From the NCBI GenBank assembly GCA_964346535.1, contig CAYFUN010000001.1, positions 7,593 to 71,592 of the forward strand: a stretch of 64,000 nucleotides of DNA, in the 5' to 3' direction. Position numbers and translations under genes: made by a program. The notes below the pieces were generated by a model. It saw only the letters and a program-made list of their open reading frames with translations. It was not told the origin of the DNA and did no database searches. Of the stretch, positions 55,382-64,000 are shown one piece after another; positions within the stretch are counted from its first letter, which is position 1, and each line of letters begins with the position of its first letter. The DNA is from an uncultured Peptoniphilaceae bacterium. Lineage in GTDB: Bacteria > Bacillota > Clostridia > Tissierellales > Peptoniphilaceae.

Positions 55382-56578
55382 ATGAAGAATGTAAAAAAGT
55401 TAATTTTATTTGTACTTGTCTTGGTGTTATTTACTAGCAATATAGTATTTGCTGATGCTAAACTTGATTCTCTTAAGGACAAGAAAAAGCAAATGGACGA
55501 AAAAGTTCAAGATCAAGAGAGTCAAATCCAAGGGCTCAACCTTCAACTAGACCAAGTCCACCAAGAAATTAGAGACTTAGACTTTAAAATAATGACCTCC
55601 CAAGATGAACTAGATAAAATTAACCAACAACTTTTAGAATTAGAAGAGTCAATTGCAAAAAATGAAGAAAACTTAGCCAAGGCCAAGGAAAAATTATCTT
55701 CAAAAGAAGATGACCTTAATACTAGGCTTAGAGAAGAATACAAAAACGGGTCTTATGTATTTTTAGAAATAATAATGGACTCATCAAGTATTTCAGATAT
55801 GTTAAAAAGGCTTGATGTTGTTACAAACATTTTAAATCAAGATAGAGAGCTTTTAAGATTTACCAACAAACAAATTGCTTATATACGAGATACTGAAAAT
55901 AAATTAAAAGAACAAAAAGCTGAATACAAGGAAAAACTTGCAGCTGAAGAAAGTAAGAAAGCTGAACTTGAAGAGAATAATAAAAAGAAATTAGAATTTA
56001 TGGCAATCCTTCAAGAAGACAAGGTTCAAGCTGAAGCTGAATATAACGAATTTGTAAAGCTAACTCAGTCTTTAGATGCTGAAATAGTAAAACTCGAAAA
56101 GGAACTAGAAGAAAAGAGGAAGGCTGAAGAAGCCAGAAGAAAAGCTGAAGAAGAAAGAAGAAAGGCAGCTGGTGAAGTTGTCCAAGGAAACGGCCAACTA
56201 TCATGGCCAGTTCCAGGCTATTCTAGCATATCTTCTTATTATGGATATAGGATCCACCCTATATTTAATACAAAAAAATTCCATGCAGGCATTGATATTC
56301 CTGCTCCTATGGGCACACCAGTAAAAGCAGCTATGAGTGGCATAGTAATTTTTTCAGGCTGGCAAGGTGGCTACGGCAATGTTGTAATGATATCTCACGG
56401 AGGAGACCTTGTAACTGTTTATGCCCACAATTCTTCAAACAAGGTTAGTGTTGGCGATTATGTTGACAGGGGACAAACTATTGCTCTTATGGGTTCAACT
56501 GGATTTTCAACAGGTTCTCATAGTCACTTTGAAGTTAGAATTAATGGATCTACTGTAAATCCATTAGCTTATTTGTAA
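55382..56578 (+). CDS. Secreted coiled-coil M23 (LytM-type) peptidoglycan endopeptidase, EnvC/PcsB-like partner of FtsEX
   Basis: Signal peptide, a coiled coil of about 240 aa, and an M23 domain with intact metal ligands HAGID (HxxxD) and SHSHFE (HxH). Confidence 0.85.
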   Translation: MKNVKKLILFVLVLVLFTSNIVFADAKLDSLKDKKKQMDEKVQDQESQIQGLNLQLDQVHQEIRDLDFKIMTSQDELDKINQQLLELEESIAKNEENLAKAKEKLSSKEDDLNTRLREEYKNGSYVFLEIIMDSSSISDMLKRLDVVTNILNQDRELLRFTNKQIAYIRDTENKLKEQKAEYKEKLAAEESKKAELEENNKKKLEFMAILQEDKVQAEAEYNEFVKLTQSLDAEIVKLEKELEEKRKAEEARRKAEEERRKAAGEVVQGNGQLSWPVPGYSSISSYYGYRIHPIFNTKKFHAGIDIPAPMGTPVKAAMSGIVIFSGWQGGYGNVVMISHGGDLVTVYAHNSSNKVSVGDYVDRGQTIALMGSTGFSTGSHSHFEVRINGSTVNPLAYL

Positions 56579-56587
56579 GGAGTAATT

Positions 56588-57790
56588 ATGAAAAAGAAAA
56601 ATAAAATTCTTTTAGTGGTATTACTAATAGTTTTTAGCAACCTTATAACTTTTAATTTGGGAAGAAATTTAAATTCTTATGCTTTGTCAGCCAATAAAGG
56701 AACTGTAGATAAAATAGAAAGTGATCAAGTTAATAAGCTAATTTACTTAGAAAACTATATTAATAGTTATTATTTGAGAAATGTAGAAAAAGAAGACCTA
56801 TATACAGGTCAACTTAAGGGAATGGTTGCAGCTTTAAATGATCCCTACTCACAATATTTAACAGAAGAAGAGTTTGATGAATTAATGGAAGATACTACTG
56901 GAACATTTTTTGGAATAGGAGTTTATATAAGCTCTTCTGATGGCTACGTAACTGTAGTAAGTCCAATTAGAAATACACCTGCTGAAGAAGCTGGCCTTTT
57001 ACCAGGAGATATTATTTTAAAGGTAGATGGGGTAGAAGTAACAGGAGAAGATGTTTCTAAAGCATCAAAACTTATCAAGGGAAAAAAGGGAACTGATGTT
57101 TTACTAACTATAGTAAGAAAAGATGAAAATGAAAAGCCAACCACCTTTGATTTAAAAGTTAGAAGAGATGAAATAGAAGTTATTACAGTAAACTCAAAAA
57201 CTCTTGATAACAACATGCTCTATATAAGCATTTCTCAATTTAACGACAATACTTATAAAGAGTTTGCCCAAGCTCTAGAAGAAATAACTCCTGATACCAA
57301 GGGAATAATTTTAGATTTAAGATCAAATCCAGGTGGACTTTTAGATGCCTGTAGAAATGTTGCAGACACCTTGTTGCCTGAAGGATTGATTTATTACACC
57401 AAAGACAGACAAGGACAAATTGTAGATGAAGGCATTTCAGATGCTAAGATGGTAGACTTACCAATGGTAACCTTAATTAACGGTGGATCTGCATCTGCTT
57501 CTGAAATTTTATCAGGAGCCTTAAGAGACCACAAGAGATCTATACTAATAGGAGAAAAATCTTTTGGCAAGGGAGTAGTCCAAACAATAAATAGATTCTC
57601 CACAAGAGATGGAATTAAACTAACTATATCCGAATACTTTACACCAAATGGAATATCTATTCACGAAAAGGGTATAGTACCAGATGTAGAGGTTAAACTA
57701 GATGATAAAACTACAAAGATTGGTGTAGACAATCTAGAAAATGACAACCAACTACAGAAGGCTATTGAAGAATTAAAAAAGATTATTTAA
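56588..57790 (+). CDS. S41 family C-terminal processing peptidase with PDZ domain
   Basis: PDZ GLLPGDIILKVDG, catalytic region GGSASASEIL and GEKSFGKG. Confidence 0.88.
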   Translation: MKKKNKILLVVLLIVFSNLITFNLGRNLNSYALSANKGTVDKIESDQVNKLIYLENYINSYYLRNVEKEDLYTGQLKGMVAALNDPYSQYLTEEEFDELMEDTTGTFFGIGVYISSSDGYVTVVSPIRNTPAEEAGLLPGDIILKVDGVEVTGEDVSKASKLIKGKKGTDVLLTIVRKDENEKPTTFDLKVRRDEIEVITVNSKTLDNNMLYISISQFNDNTYKEFAQALEEITPDTKGIILDLRSNPGGLLDACRNVADTLLPEGLIYYTKDRQGQIVDEGISDAKMVDLPMVTLINGGSASASEILSGALRDHKRSILIGEKSFGKGVVQTINRFSTRDGIKLTISEYFTPNGISIHEKGIVPDVEVKLDDKTTKIGVDNLENDNQLQKAIEELKKII

Positions 57791-57817
57791 GTCGGCAGCT
57801 TTGTCGACTTTCTTTAT
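57790..57817 (+). terminator. Rho-independent terminator after the S41 peptidase gene
   Basis: AGTCGGCA-(4 nt)-TTGTCGACT stem followed by a TTCTTTATT tail. Confidence 0.65.
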
Positions 57818-57846
57818 TGTTAGATAATATTTTAAGACGATTAATG

Positions 57847-57875
57847 TTGACAAAGTTTTTATAGTTAACTACAAT
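57847..57875 (+). promoter_or_regulatory. Sigma-A promoter for uvrBA
   Basis: TTGACA, 17 nt spacer, TACAAT. Confidence 0.7.
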
Positions 57876-57876
57876 A

Positions 57877-57888
57877 AAACAAACGTTC
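57877..57888. promoter_or_regulatory. Possible degenerate LexA (Cheo-type) operator
   Basis: AAACAAACGTTC compared with GAAC-N4-GTTC: the right half-site is perfect and the left is 3 of 4. It lies immediately downstream of the -10 of the SOS gene uvrB. Confidence 0.3.
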
Positions 57889-57906
57889 TAAAAAAGGAGG
57901 CAGGAT

Positions 57907-59910
57907 ATGAACAAATTTATTTTACACTCAGATTTTGAGCCAACAGGGGACCAACCTCAGGCTATTGATTATCTTGCTAATTCTATAAATAATGGAAACA
58001 GAGATCAAATACTTTTAGGAGTAACAGGATCAGGAAAAACTTATACTATGGCTAATGTAATAGAAAAAGTTCAAAAGCCAACTTTAGTAATAGCTCACAA
58101 TAAAACTCTTGCCTATCAATTAGCTAGTGAGTTTAAAGAATTTTTCCCAGAAAATGCTGTAGAGTATTTTGTTTCTTACTATGACTACTATCAACCAGAG
58201 GCTTATGTACCTCAATCTGATACCTTTATTGAAAAAGATTCATCTATTAATGATGAAATTGATAAGCTTAGACACTCGGCAACCTTGTCTCTATTTGAAA
58301 GAAGAGATGTAATAATTGTCGCATCTGTATCTTGTATTTATGGCCTTGGAGACCCAATTGACTACAAGCAGCTTGTCTTATCTTTAAGACCAGGAATGAT
58401 AAAAGATAGAAATGAAGTTATTAATAAGCTAGTGGAAATTCAATATGATAGAAACGACTATGACTTTAAGAGAGGAACCTTTAGAGTAAAAGGGGACACC
58501 CTAGAAATATTTCCAGCTTCATCGTCTGACAATGTATATAGGGTAGAGTTTTTTGGAGATGAAGTTGATAGAATTACAGAAATCAATTACTTGACTGGAG
58601 AAATTATTGGTTTTAGAAAACATATTTCAGTTTTTCCAGCATCTCACTATGCCACTACCCAAGAAAAAGTAGATAAGGCAATAATCACCATTGAAGATGA
58701 ATTAGAAGATAGGATTAAGTATTTTGAAGACAATAATAAGCTACTTGAGGCCCAAAGAATTGAGCAGAGAACGAGATATGACTTAGAAATGTTAAGGGAA
58801 GTTGGCTTTTGTTCTGGAATTGAAAATTATTCAAGACATTTAAGCCAAAGGGCTCCAGGCTCAAGGCCATATACTTTAATTGATTATTTTCCAAAGGACT
58901 TTCTAACAATAATAGATGAGTCCCATGTTACAGTGCCCCAAATTCGAGGTATGTACGCAGGGGATAGGTCTAGAAAAGAAACTCTAGTTGAATACGGCTT
59001 TAGACTTCCATCAGCCCTAGACAATAGGCCTTTACAATTTAATGAGTTTGAGTCTTTAATGAATCAGACTATTTATGTTTCTGCAACTCCTGGGCCTTAT
59101 GAAAAAGAAAAAACAAATTTAATAGCTGAACAAATTATAAGACCAACAGGCCTACTTGATCCTATAATAGAAGTAAGACCAAGTAAAAATCAAATTGATG
59201 ATTTAATAAATGAAATTAATACTAGGGTAGAAAACAAAGAGAGAACCCTGGTAACAACTTTAACTAAAAAAATGGCTGAAGACCTGACAAAATATTTAAA
59301 AGAAATGGGTCTTAAGGTTACCTATATGCACTCTGATATTGATACCATTGAAAGAATGGAAATAATAAGAGATTTAAGACTTGGAGAATATGATGTCCTA
59401 GTTGGCATAAATCTTTTGAGAGAAGGCTTGGACTTACCTGAAGTATCTTTAATAGTAATACTTGATGCAGACAAGGAAGGGTTTTTAAGAAGTGAAACTT
59501 CCTTAATCCAAACTGCAGGACGTGCAGCTAGAAATGTTAATGGAAAAGTAATTATGTATGCAGATGGTCTTACAAATTCTATGGAAAAAACTATTTCTGA
59601 AACAAATAGAAGAAGGAAAATCCAAGATGCCTACAATAAAAAACACAATATTATTCCAAGGTCAGTATCAAAGTCAATAAGAGAAATAATTGATTCTACC
59701 TTAGTTGCCGATTCAAGTGAAACTTACAGGTCTCAAGAAAGCCTTGATGACCTAGCAGCTATGATAGAAGCTGCAGAAGTTAATATGTTAGAGGCAGCAG
59801 AAAAATTAGACTTTGAAAGAGCTGCTGAATACAGGGACAGAGGAAAAGAGTTAAAGAAATTATACAACAAGGCGAAGAAAAAATATGACAGAGAAAAAAA
59901 TAAAAATTAG
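57907..59910 (+). CDS. uvrB: Excinuclease ABC subunit B
   Basis: [12 protein letters not shown] Walker A, DESH box (IIDESHVT), and a C-terminal UVR domain (FERAAEYRD). Confidence 0.97.
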   Translation: MNKFILHSDFEPTGDQPQAIDYLANSINNGNRDQILLGVTGSGKTYTMANVIEKVQKPTLVIAHNKTLAYQLASEFKEFFPENAVEYFVSYYDYYQPEAYVPQSDTFIEKDSSINDEIDKLRHSATLSLFERRDVIIVASVSCIYGLGDPIDYKQLVLSLRPGMIKDRNEVINKLVEIQYDRNDYDFKRGTFRVKGDTLEIFPASSSDNVYRVEFFGDEVDRITEINYLTGEIIGFRKHISVFPASHYATTQEKVDKAIITIEDELEDRIKYFEDNNKLLEAQRIEQRTRYDLEMLREVGFCSGIENYSRHLSQRAPGSRPYTLIDYFPKDFLTIIDESHVTVPQIRGMYAGDRSRKETLVEYGFRLPSALDNRPLQFNEFESLMNQTIYVSATPGPYEKEKTNLIAEQIIRPTGLLDPIIEVRPSKNQIDDLINEINTRVENKERTLVTTLTKKMAEDLTKYLKEMGLKVTYMHSDIDTIERMEIIRDLRLGEYDVLVGINLLREGLDLPEVSLIVILDADKEGFLRSETSLIQTAGRAARNVNGKVIMYADGLTNSMEKTISETNRRRKIQDAYNKKHNIIPRSVSKSIREIIDSTLVADSSETYRSQESLDDLAAMIEAAEVNMLEAAEKLDFERAAEYRDRGKELKKLYNKAKKKYDREKNKN

Positions 59911-62707
59911 AGGGGCAAAAGTCCACAATTTAAAAAATATAGATTTAGAATTACCTAGAGACAAGTTTATTGTCTTTACAGGTCTTTCTGGTTCAGGCAA
60001 ATCATCCTTGGCCTTTGATACCATTTATGCTGAAGGCCAAAGAAGATATGTAGAAAGTTTATCTTCTTATGCCAGACAGTTTTTAGGCCAAATGGACAAG
60101 CCTGACGTAGAAAGCATAGATGGTCTTAGCCCATCTATTTCCATTGACCAAAAGACAACTAGCAAAAATCCAAGGTCAACTGTAGGAACAACTACAGAAA
60201 TTTATGACTATCTAAGACTACTATACGCAAACATTGGCATACCTTATTGTCCAAAGTGTGGCAAACCAATAAAAAACATGACAGTTGATCAAATGGCTGA
60301 CTATATTCATTCACTTGAAGAAGGCAGCAGAATTATGATTTTAGCTCCTGTTGTCAAAGATAAAAAAGGGCAACACAAAACTGTTTTAGAAAGAATAAAG
60401 AAAAATGGTTTTTCAAGGGTAATTGTAGACGGAGAAGTTTATACCTTTGACGAAGACCTTGACTTAGACAAAAACAAAAAACACAATATTGATATTGTTG
60501 TTGACAGACTAATAGTTAGAGAAGACATGGGAGCAAGACTAGTTGATTCAATTGAACTTGCTTTAAAAGAAGGAGATGGAATTTTAGTTGTAGACAAGAT
60601 GAATGGAGAAAGGGTAACCTTAAATACTTCAATGTCTTGTGTAGAGTGTGGAATTTCCTATGACGAAATTACTCCAAGACTATTTTCTTTTAACGCTCCT
60701 TTTGGGGCCTGCCCAACTTGTAACGGTATAGGTTTTTCAAAAAGACCTGACATTAGAAAAATTATTCCAGACCAAAATAAAAGTATCTCCCAAGGAGCCA
60801 TAGCTTGTTATTCAAATCAAAAGGGAACTTACTATCTAACAATGATAGAAGAATTAGCAAAAGCCTATGGCTTTGATACTAAAAAACCAATTAAAGATGC
60901 CCCTGAAGATTTTATGGATGCACTTTTAAATGGAACTAATAAGAGTATCTCCTTTAACTTTAATTCATTTTATTCTGGCGATAAAAAATATAAGGGGGAC
61001 TTTGAAGGAGTTTTCAACAACCTTTTAAGAAGATATAACACAGGGTCAAGTGACTTTGCTCACGACAGAATAGATGAGTTTATGACTGAAGTTAAATGTC
61101 CCCATTGTCATGGCAAGAGATTAAAAGAAGGAGTTCTTGCAATAAAAATTAATGGCAAGTCTATAATTGACTTTACTGATATGAATATTCAAGACGAACT
61201 AGACTTTATAAATTCTCTTGTTCTAACAGAAAAGGAAGCAATAATTGCTGAACAAATTGTAAGAGAAATAAAAGCCAGACTTGAATTTTTATTAGATGTT
61301 GGCCTAGGATATTTAAACTTGTCTAGGATGACTGGAACCTTATCAGGAGGCGAGGCTCAAAGAATTAGACTTGCTACACAAATTGGCTCTAAACTAGTTG
61401 GCGTAACCTATGTTTTAGACGAACCAAGTATAGGCCTCCACCAAAGAGACAATCATTTATTAATTGGAACCTTGAGAGAGCTAACAGAACTAGGTAACAC
61501 TTTAATTGTAGTTGAACACGATGAAGATACAATGAGAGCTAGTGACCTAATAGTAGATATAGGTCCTGGTGCAGGAGTTCATGGTGGAGAAATTATTGAA
61601 GTTGGCAGCATTGAAGATCTTGAGAAAAACCCGAGATCTATTACTGGCCAATATTTATCTGGAAAAAAACAAATTCCAATACCTGAAGAAAGAAGAGAGG
61701 GCAATGGAAAAAGTATAATTATTAAAGGCGCCAGAGAGAATAATTTAAAAAACATTGATGTTGAAATTCCACTGGGGAAATTTGTTGTAGTAACAGGAGT
61801 TTCAGGATCAGGCAAGTCTTCTTTAATAAACGAAATTCTTTCAAAGAAACTATGGCAAGACTTTAATAATCCTTCAATTATTCCAGGAGAATTTGATTCT
61901 ATTGAAGGTGAAGAAAATATAGACAAAATTGTCACTATAGACCAAAGTCCAATAGGAAAAACACCGAGGTCAAATCCAGCAACTTATACAGGAGCCTTTG
62001 ATATAGTTAGAGATATTTTTGCTTCAACAAACGAAGCCAAGGCTAGAGGCTATAAAAAAGGCAGGTTCTCCTTTAATGTAAAGGGAGGAAGGTGCGAAGC
62101 TTGTAAGGGAGATGGGATTATAAAAGTTGAAATGCACTTTCTTTCTGACGTCTATGTGCCTTGTGAAGTTTGTTCTGGCAAAAGATATAATAGAGAAACT
62201 CTACAAGTTAAATACAAGGGAAAAACTATTAGCGAAGTCTTAGATATGACTGTAGACGAGGCCATAGAATTTTTCTCAGTCCACCAAAGATTGAAAAAGA
62301 AATTACAAACTCTGCACGATGTTGGCTTGGGCTATATTAAAATAGGCCAACCTTCAACTCAGTTATCAGGTGGAGAAGCTCAAAGAATAAAGCTTGCAAC
62401 TGAATTAAGTAAAATTTCTACAGGCAAAACACTTTATGTTTTAGATGAACCTACAACTGGACTTCATTCAGCAGACATCCACAAACTTGTAGATGTATTA
62501 AATAGACTAGTAGAACTTGGAAATACTGTTTTAGTAATTGAACACAACTTAGATGTTATTAAAACAGCTGACTATATTATTGACCTAGGCCCAGAAGGTG
62601 GAGATGGAGGAGGAAGAGTTATTGCCAAGGGCACTCCTGAAGAAGTTGCAAAGACAAAAGGATCTTATACTGGTGAGTTTCTAAAAGATATTTTAAAGAA
62701 AAAGTAG
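59885..62707 (+). CDS. uvrA: Excinuclease ABC subunit A
   Basis: Two ABC modules ([14 protein letters not shown]; [13 protein letters not shown]), two LSGGE(A)QRI signatures and zinc modules ([14 protein letters not shown]). Overlaps uvrB by 26 nt. Confidence 0.97.
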   Translation: MTEKKIKIRGAKVHNLKNIDLELPRDKFIVFTGLSGSGKSSLAFDTIYAEGQRRYVESLSSYARQFLGQMDKPDVESIDGLSPSISIDQKTTSKNPRSTVGTTTEIYDYLRLLYANIGIPYCPKCGKPIKNMTVDQMADYIHSLEEGSRIMILAPVVKDKKGQHKTVLERIKKNGFSRVIVDGEVYTFDEDLDLDKNKKHNIDIVVDRLIVREDMGARLVDSIELALKEGDGILVVDKMNGERVTLNTSMSCVECGISYDEITPRLFSFNAPFGACPTCNGIGFSKRPDIRKIIPDQNKSISQGAIACYSNQKGTYYLTMIEELAKAYGFDTKKPIKDAPEDFMDALLNGTNKSISFNFNSFYSGDKKYKGDFEGVFNNLLRRYNTGSSDFAHDRIDEFMTEVKCPHCHGKRLKEGVLAIKINGKSIIDFTDMNIQDELDFINSLVLTEKEAIIAEQIVREIKARLEFLLDVGLGYLNLSRMTGTLSGGEAQRIRLATQIGSKLVGVTYVLDEPSIGLHQRDNHLLIGTLRELTELGNTLIVVEHDEDTMRASDLIVDIGPGAGVHGGEIIEVGSIEDLEKNPRSITGQYLSGKKQIPIPEERREGNGKSIIIKGARENNLKNIDVEIPLGKFVVVTGVSGSGKSSLINEILSKKLWQDFNNPSIIPGEFDSIEGEENIDKIVTIDQSPIGKTPRSNPATYTGAFDIVRDIFASTNEAKARGYKKGRFSFNVKGGRCEACKGDGIIKVEMHFLSDVYVPCEVCSGKRYNRETLQVKYKGKTISEVLDMTVDEAIEFFSVHQRLKKKLQTLHDVGLGYIKIGQPSTQLSGGEAQRIKLATELSKISTGKTLYVLDEPTTGLHSADIHKLVDVLNRLVELGNTVLVIEHNLDVIKTADYIIDLGPEGGDGGGRVIAKGTPEEVAKTKGSYTGEFLKDILKKK

Positions 62708-62809
62708 GTCTTTGAGTTTTTTTAGATTTATTATATAATAGAATAGAGAAGTTGATAGAGCATTTGAGTTTATACTTAAGTGCTCTCTTTAATATGAATA
62801 GGAGAAATT

Positions 62810-64000
62810 ATGAAAAATTATTTGATTGTAGATGGAAGTTCAATTTTATTTAGATCTTTTTATGCCCTGCCACCAATGAATACTACTGATGGAAAGGCAA
62901 CAAATGCCCTTGTAGGTTTTATGAATATTTTGCTAAAGGCCATTGAAATGATTGAGCCTGATAATATTGCAGTGTGTTTTGATTTAAAGGGAAAAACATT
63001 TAGATCAGATATTTTTTCATCCTATAAGGCCAACAGGTCACCAGCACCTGAAGAACTTTCAGAACAATTTATCTACATTAAAGAAATTCTAAATGCCTTT
63101 TCAATAAAGTATTTTGAACTTGAAGGCTATGAAGCAGATGACTTGGCTGGAACTCTTTCTAAGGATGCCGAAGATAAGGGCTATAAGGTTTATCTATTAT
63201 CAGGTGACAAGGACTATCTTCAACTAGTAGATAAAAACACCAGCTTGTTATATACAAAAACAGGAATTTCAGATTTTGATGAGTATACAGTTGAAAAAAT
63301 TTATGAAGACATGAAAATAAGCCCAAGTCAAATTATAGATTTAAAGGCCCTAATGGGTGATAAGTCTGATAACATTCCTGGAGTCGATGGAGTTGGAGAA
63401 AAAACAGCTTTAAAACTCTTATACGAGTTTGACAACATAGAAAATCTTTATGCAAATACTGACAAATTAAAAAAGAACAAAACCAACGAAAAAATTATTT
63501 CTAGCAAGGACATAGCGTTTTTAAGTAAAGAATTAGCCACAATAAACACCAAGTCTCCTATTGATTTAGATGATTCAAAAACTGCTTATGGAAATTATAA
63601 CAAAGAAGACCTTGCAGATGCTTTAAATAAATATCAGCTAAATGCATTAATAAATAGATTAAATCTTTCATCTGATAGCTCAGAAGAGATTAAAGAAGAA
63701 GAGATAAAAGCAGAAAAGAATAAAAGTCTTATAGATATAATTACTGAGATAAAAAAAGATAAAATTTTCGCCTTTAAAATTTTTGCCAGTGACAAGGCTT
63801 ATTTAGGTGGAAAAGTATTTAAAATTGGCATAAAAACCAAGAATAATTATTACATTAATGACATCAACAGCCTGGAAGATTTCAAAGAGCTATTTGAAGA
63901 CGAATCTATAGAAAAAATAGGCTATGAATTAAAAGAGGATATCCTTCATCTTATTCACAATGGCATTGATCTAAAAAATTATACTGCTGACATAAGCCTT
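62810..64000 (+). CDS. polA: DNA polymerase I, N-terminal part (5'-3' exonuclease domain onward; 3' end outside the window)
   Basis: ATG 62810 follows a GGAG SD. MKNYLIVDGSSILFRSFYALPP...GYEADD...GDKSDNIPGV are 5'-nuclease motifs. The frame stays open to the window end. Not in the ORF track because no stop is reached. Confidence 0.93.
   Translation, partial: MKNYLIVDGSSILFRSFYALPPMNTTDGKATNALVGFMNILLKAIEMIEPDNIAVCFDLKGKTFRSDIFSSYKANRSPAPEELSEQFIYIKEILNAFSIKYFELEGYEADDLAGTLSKDAEDKGYKVYLLSGDKDYLQLVDKNTSLLYTKTGISDFDEYTVEKIYEDMKISPSQIIDLKALMGDKSDNIPGVDGVGEKTALKLLYEFDNIENLYANTDKLKKNKTNEKIISSKDIAFLSKELATINTKSPIDLDDSKTAYGNYNKEDLADALNKYQLNALINRLNLSSDSSEEIKEEEIKAEKNKSLIDIITEIKKDKIFAFKIFASDKAYLGGKVFKIGIKTKNNYYINDINSLEDFKELFEDESIEKIGYELKEDILHLIHNGIDLKNYTADISL

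Noticed and set aside
56090-56170. Repetitive GAAGAAG/AAAGCTGAAGAA-type DNA within the M23 gene.
   Set aside because: It encodes the KAEEARRKAEEERRKA coiled-coil low-complexity segment. It is not an independent repeat element or a CRISPR-like array.

Overview
AT-rich (roughly one-third G+C by eye) chromosomal segment from a low-GC Bacillota genome. Gene order looks Clostridia/Tissierellia-like, but that is inference and no taxon can be proven from this window. It is almost entirely conserved housekeeping DNA. About 59 of 64 genes lie on the + strand in tightly packed, often overlapping operons: dnaJ-prmA-rsmE-mtaB-HIT; pgcA; ppsA; comEC-holA / rpsT / lepA-hemW; ruvCAB-queA-tgt-yajC; rplU-prp-rpmA; obg-yhbY-nadD-yqeK-rsfS-ridA; comEA-glgP; trpS-valS; hslO; ftsEX-M23-S41; uvrBA-polA. 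I found no rRNA, tRNA, CRISPR array, transposase, integrase, prophage or recognisable defence island. The clearest feature missing from the ORF track is a 49-aa six-cysteine SCIFF/ranthipeptide precursor (30335..30484). It has a strong SD and sits directly upstream of its radical-SAM/SPASM maturase, inside the tgt-yajC housekeeping operon. This family is already described, but its physiological role is unknown. The best candidates for under-described biology are three. (1) A four-gene, translationally coupled operon (6337..10771): a PfkB-fold protein with degenerate kinase motifs, an Mre11/SbcD-like nuclease, a Rad50/SMC-like ATPase whose coiled-coil apex carries a two-helix membrane hairpin instead of a zinc hook, and a second metallophosphoesterase. 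(2) A CofE-like (F420-0:gamma-glutamyl ligase fold) gene coupled to 5-formyl-THF cyclo-ligase. (3) An apparently orphan citrate-lyase-ligase (CitC) homologue. I do not see a clear-cut wholly novel system, and the candidates above are hypotheses from by-eye motif reading. All coordinates were hand-indexed and all family calls come from by-eye motif and synteny recognition. No searches or computations were run.
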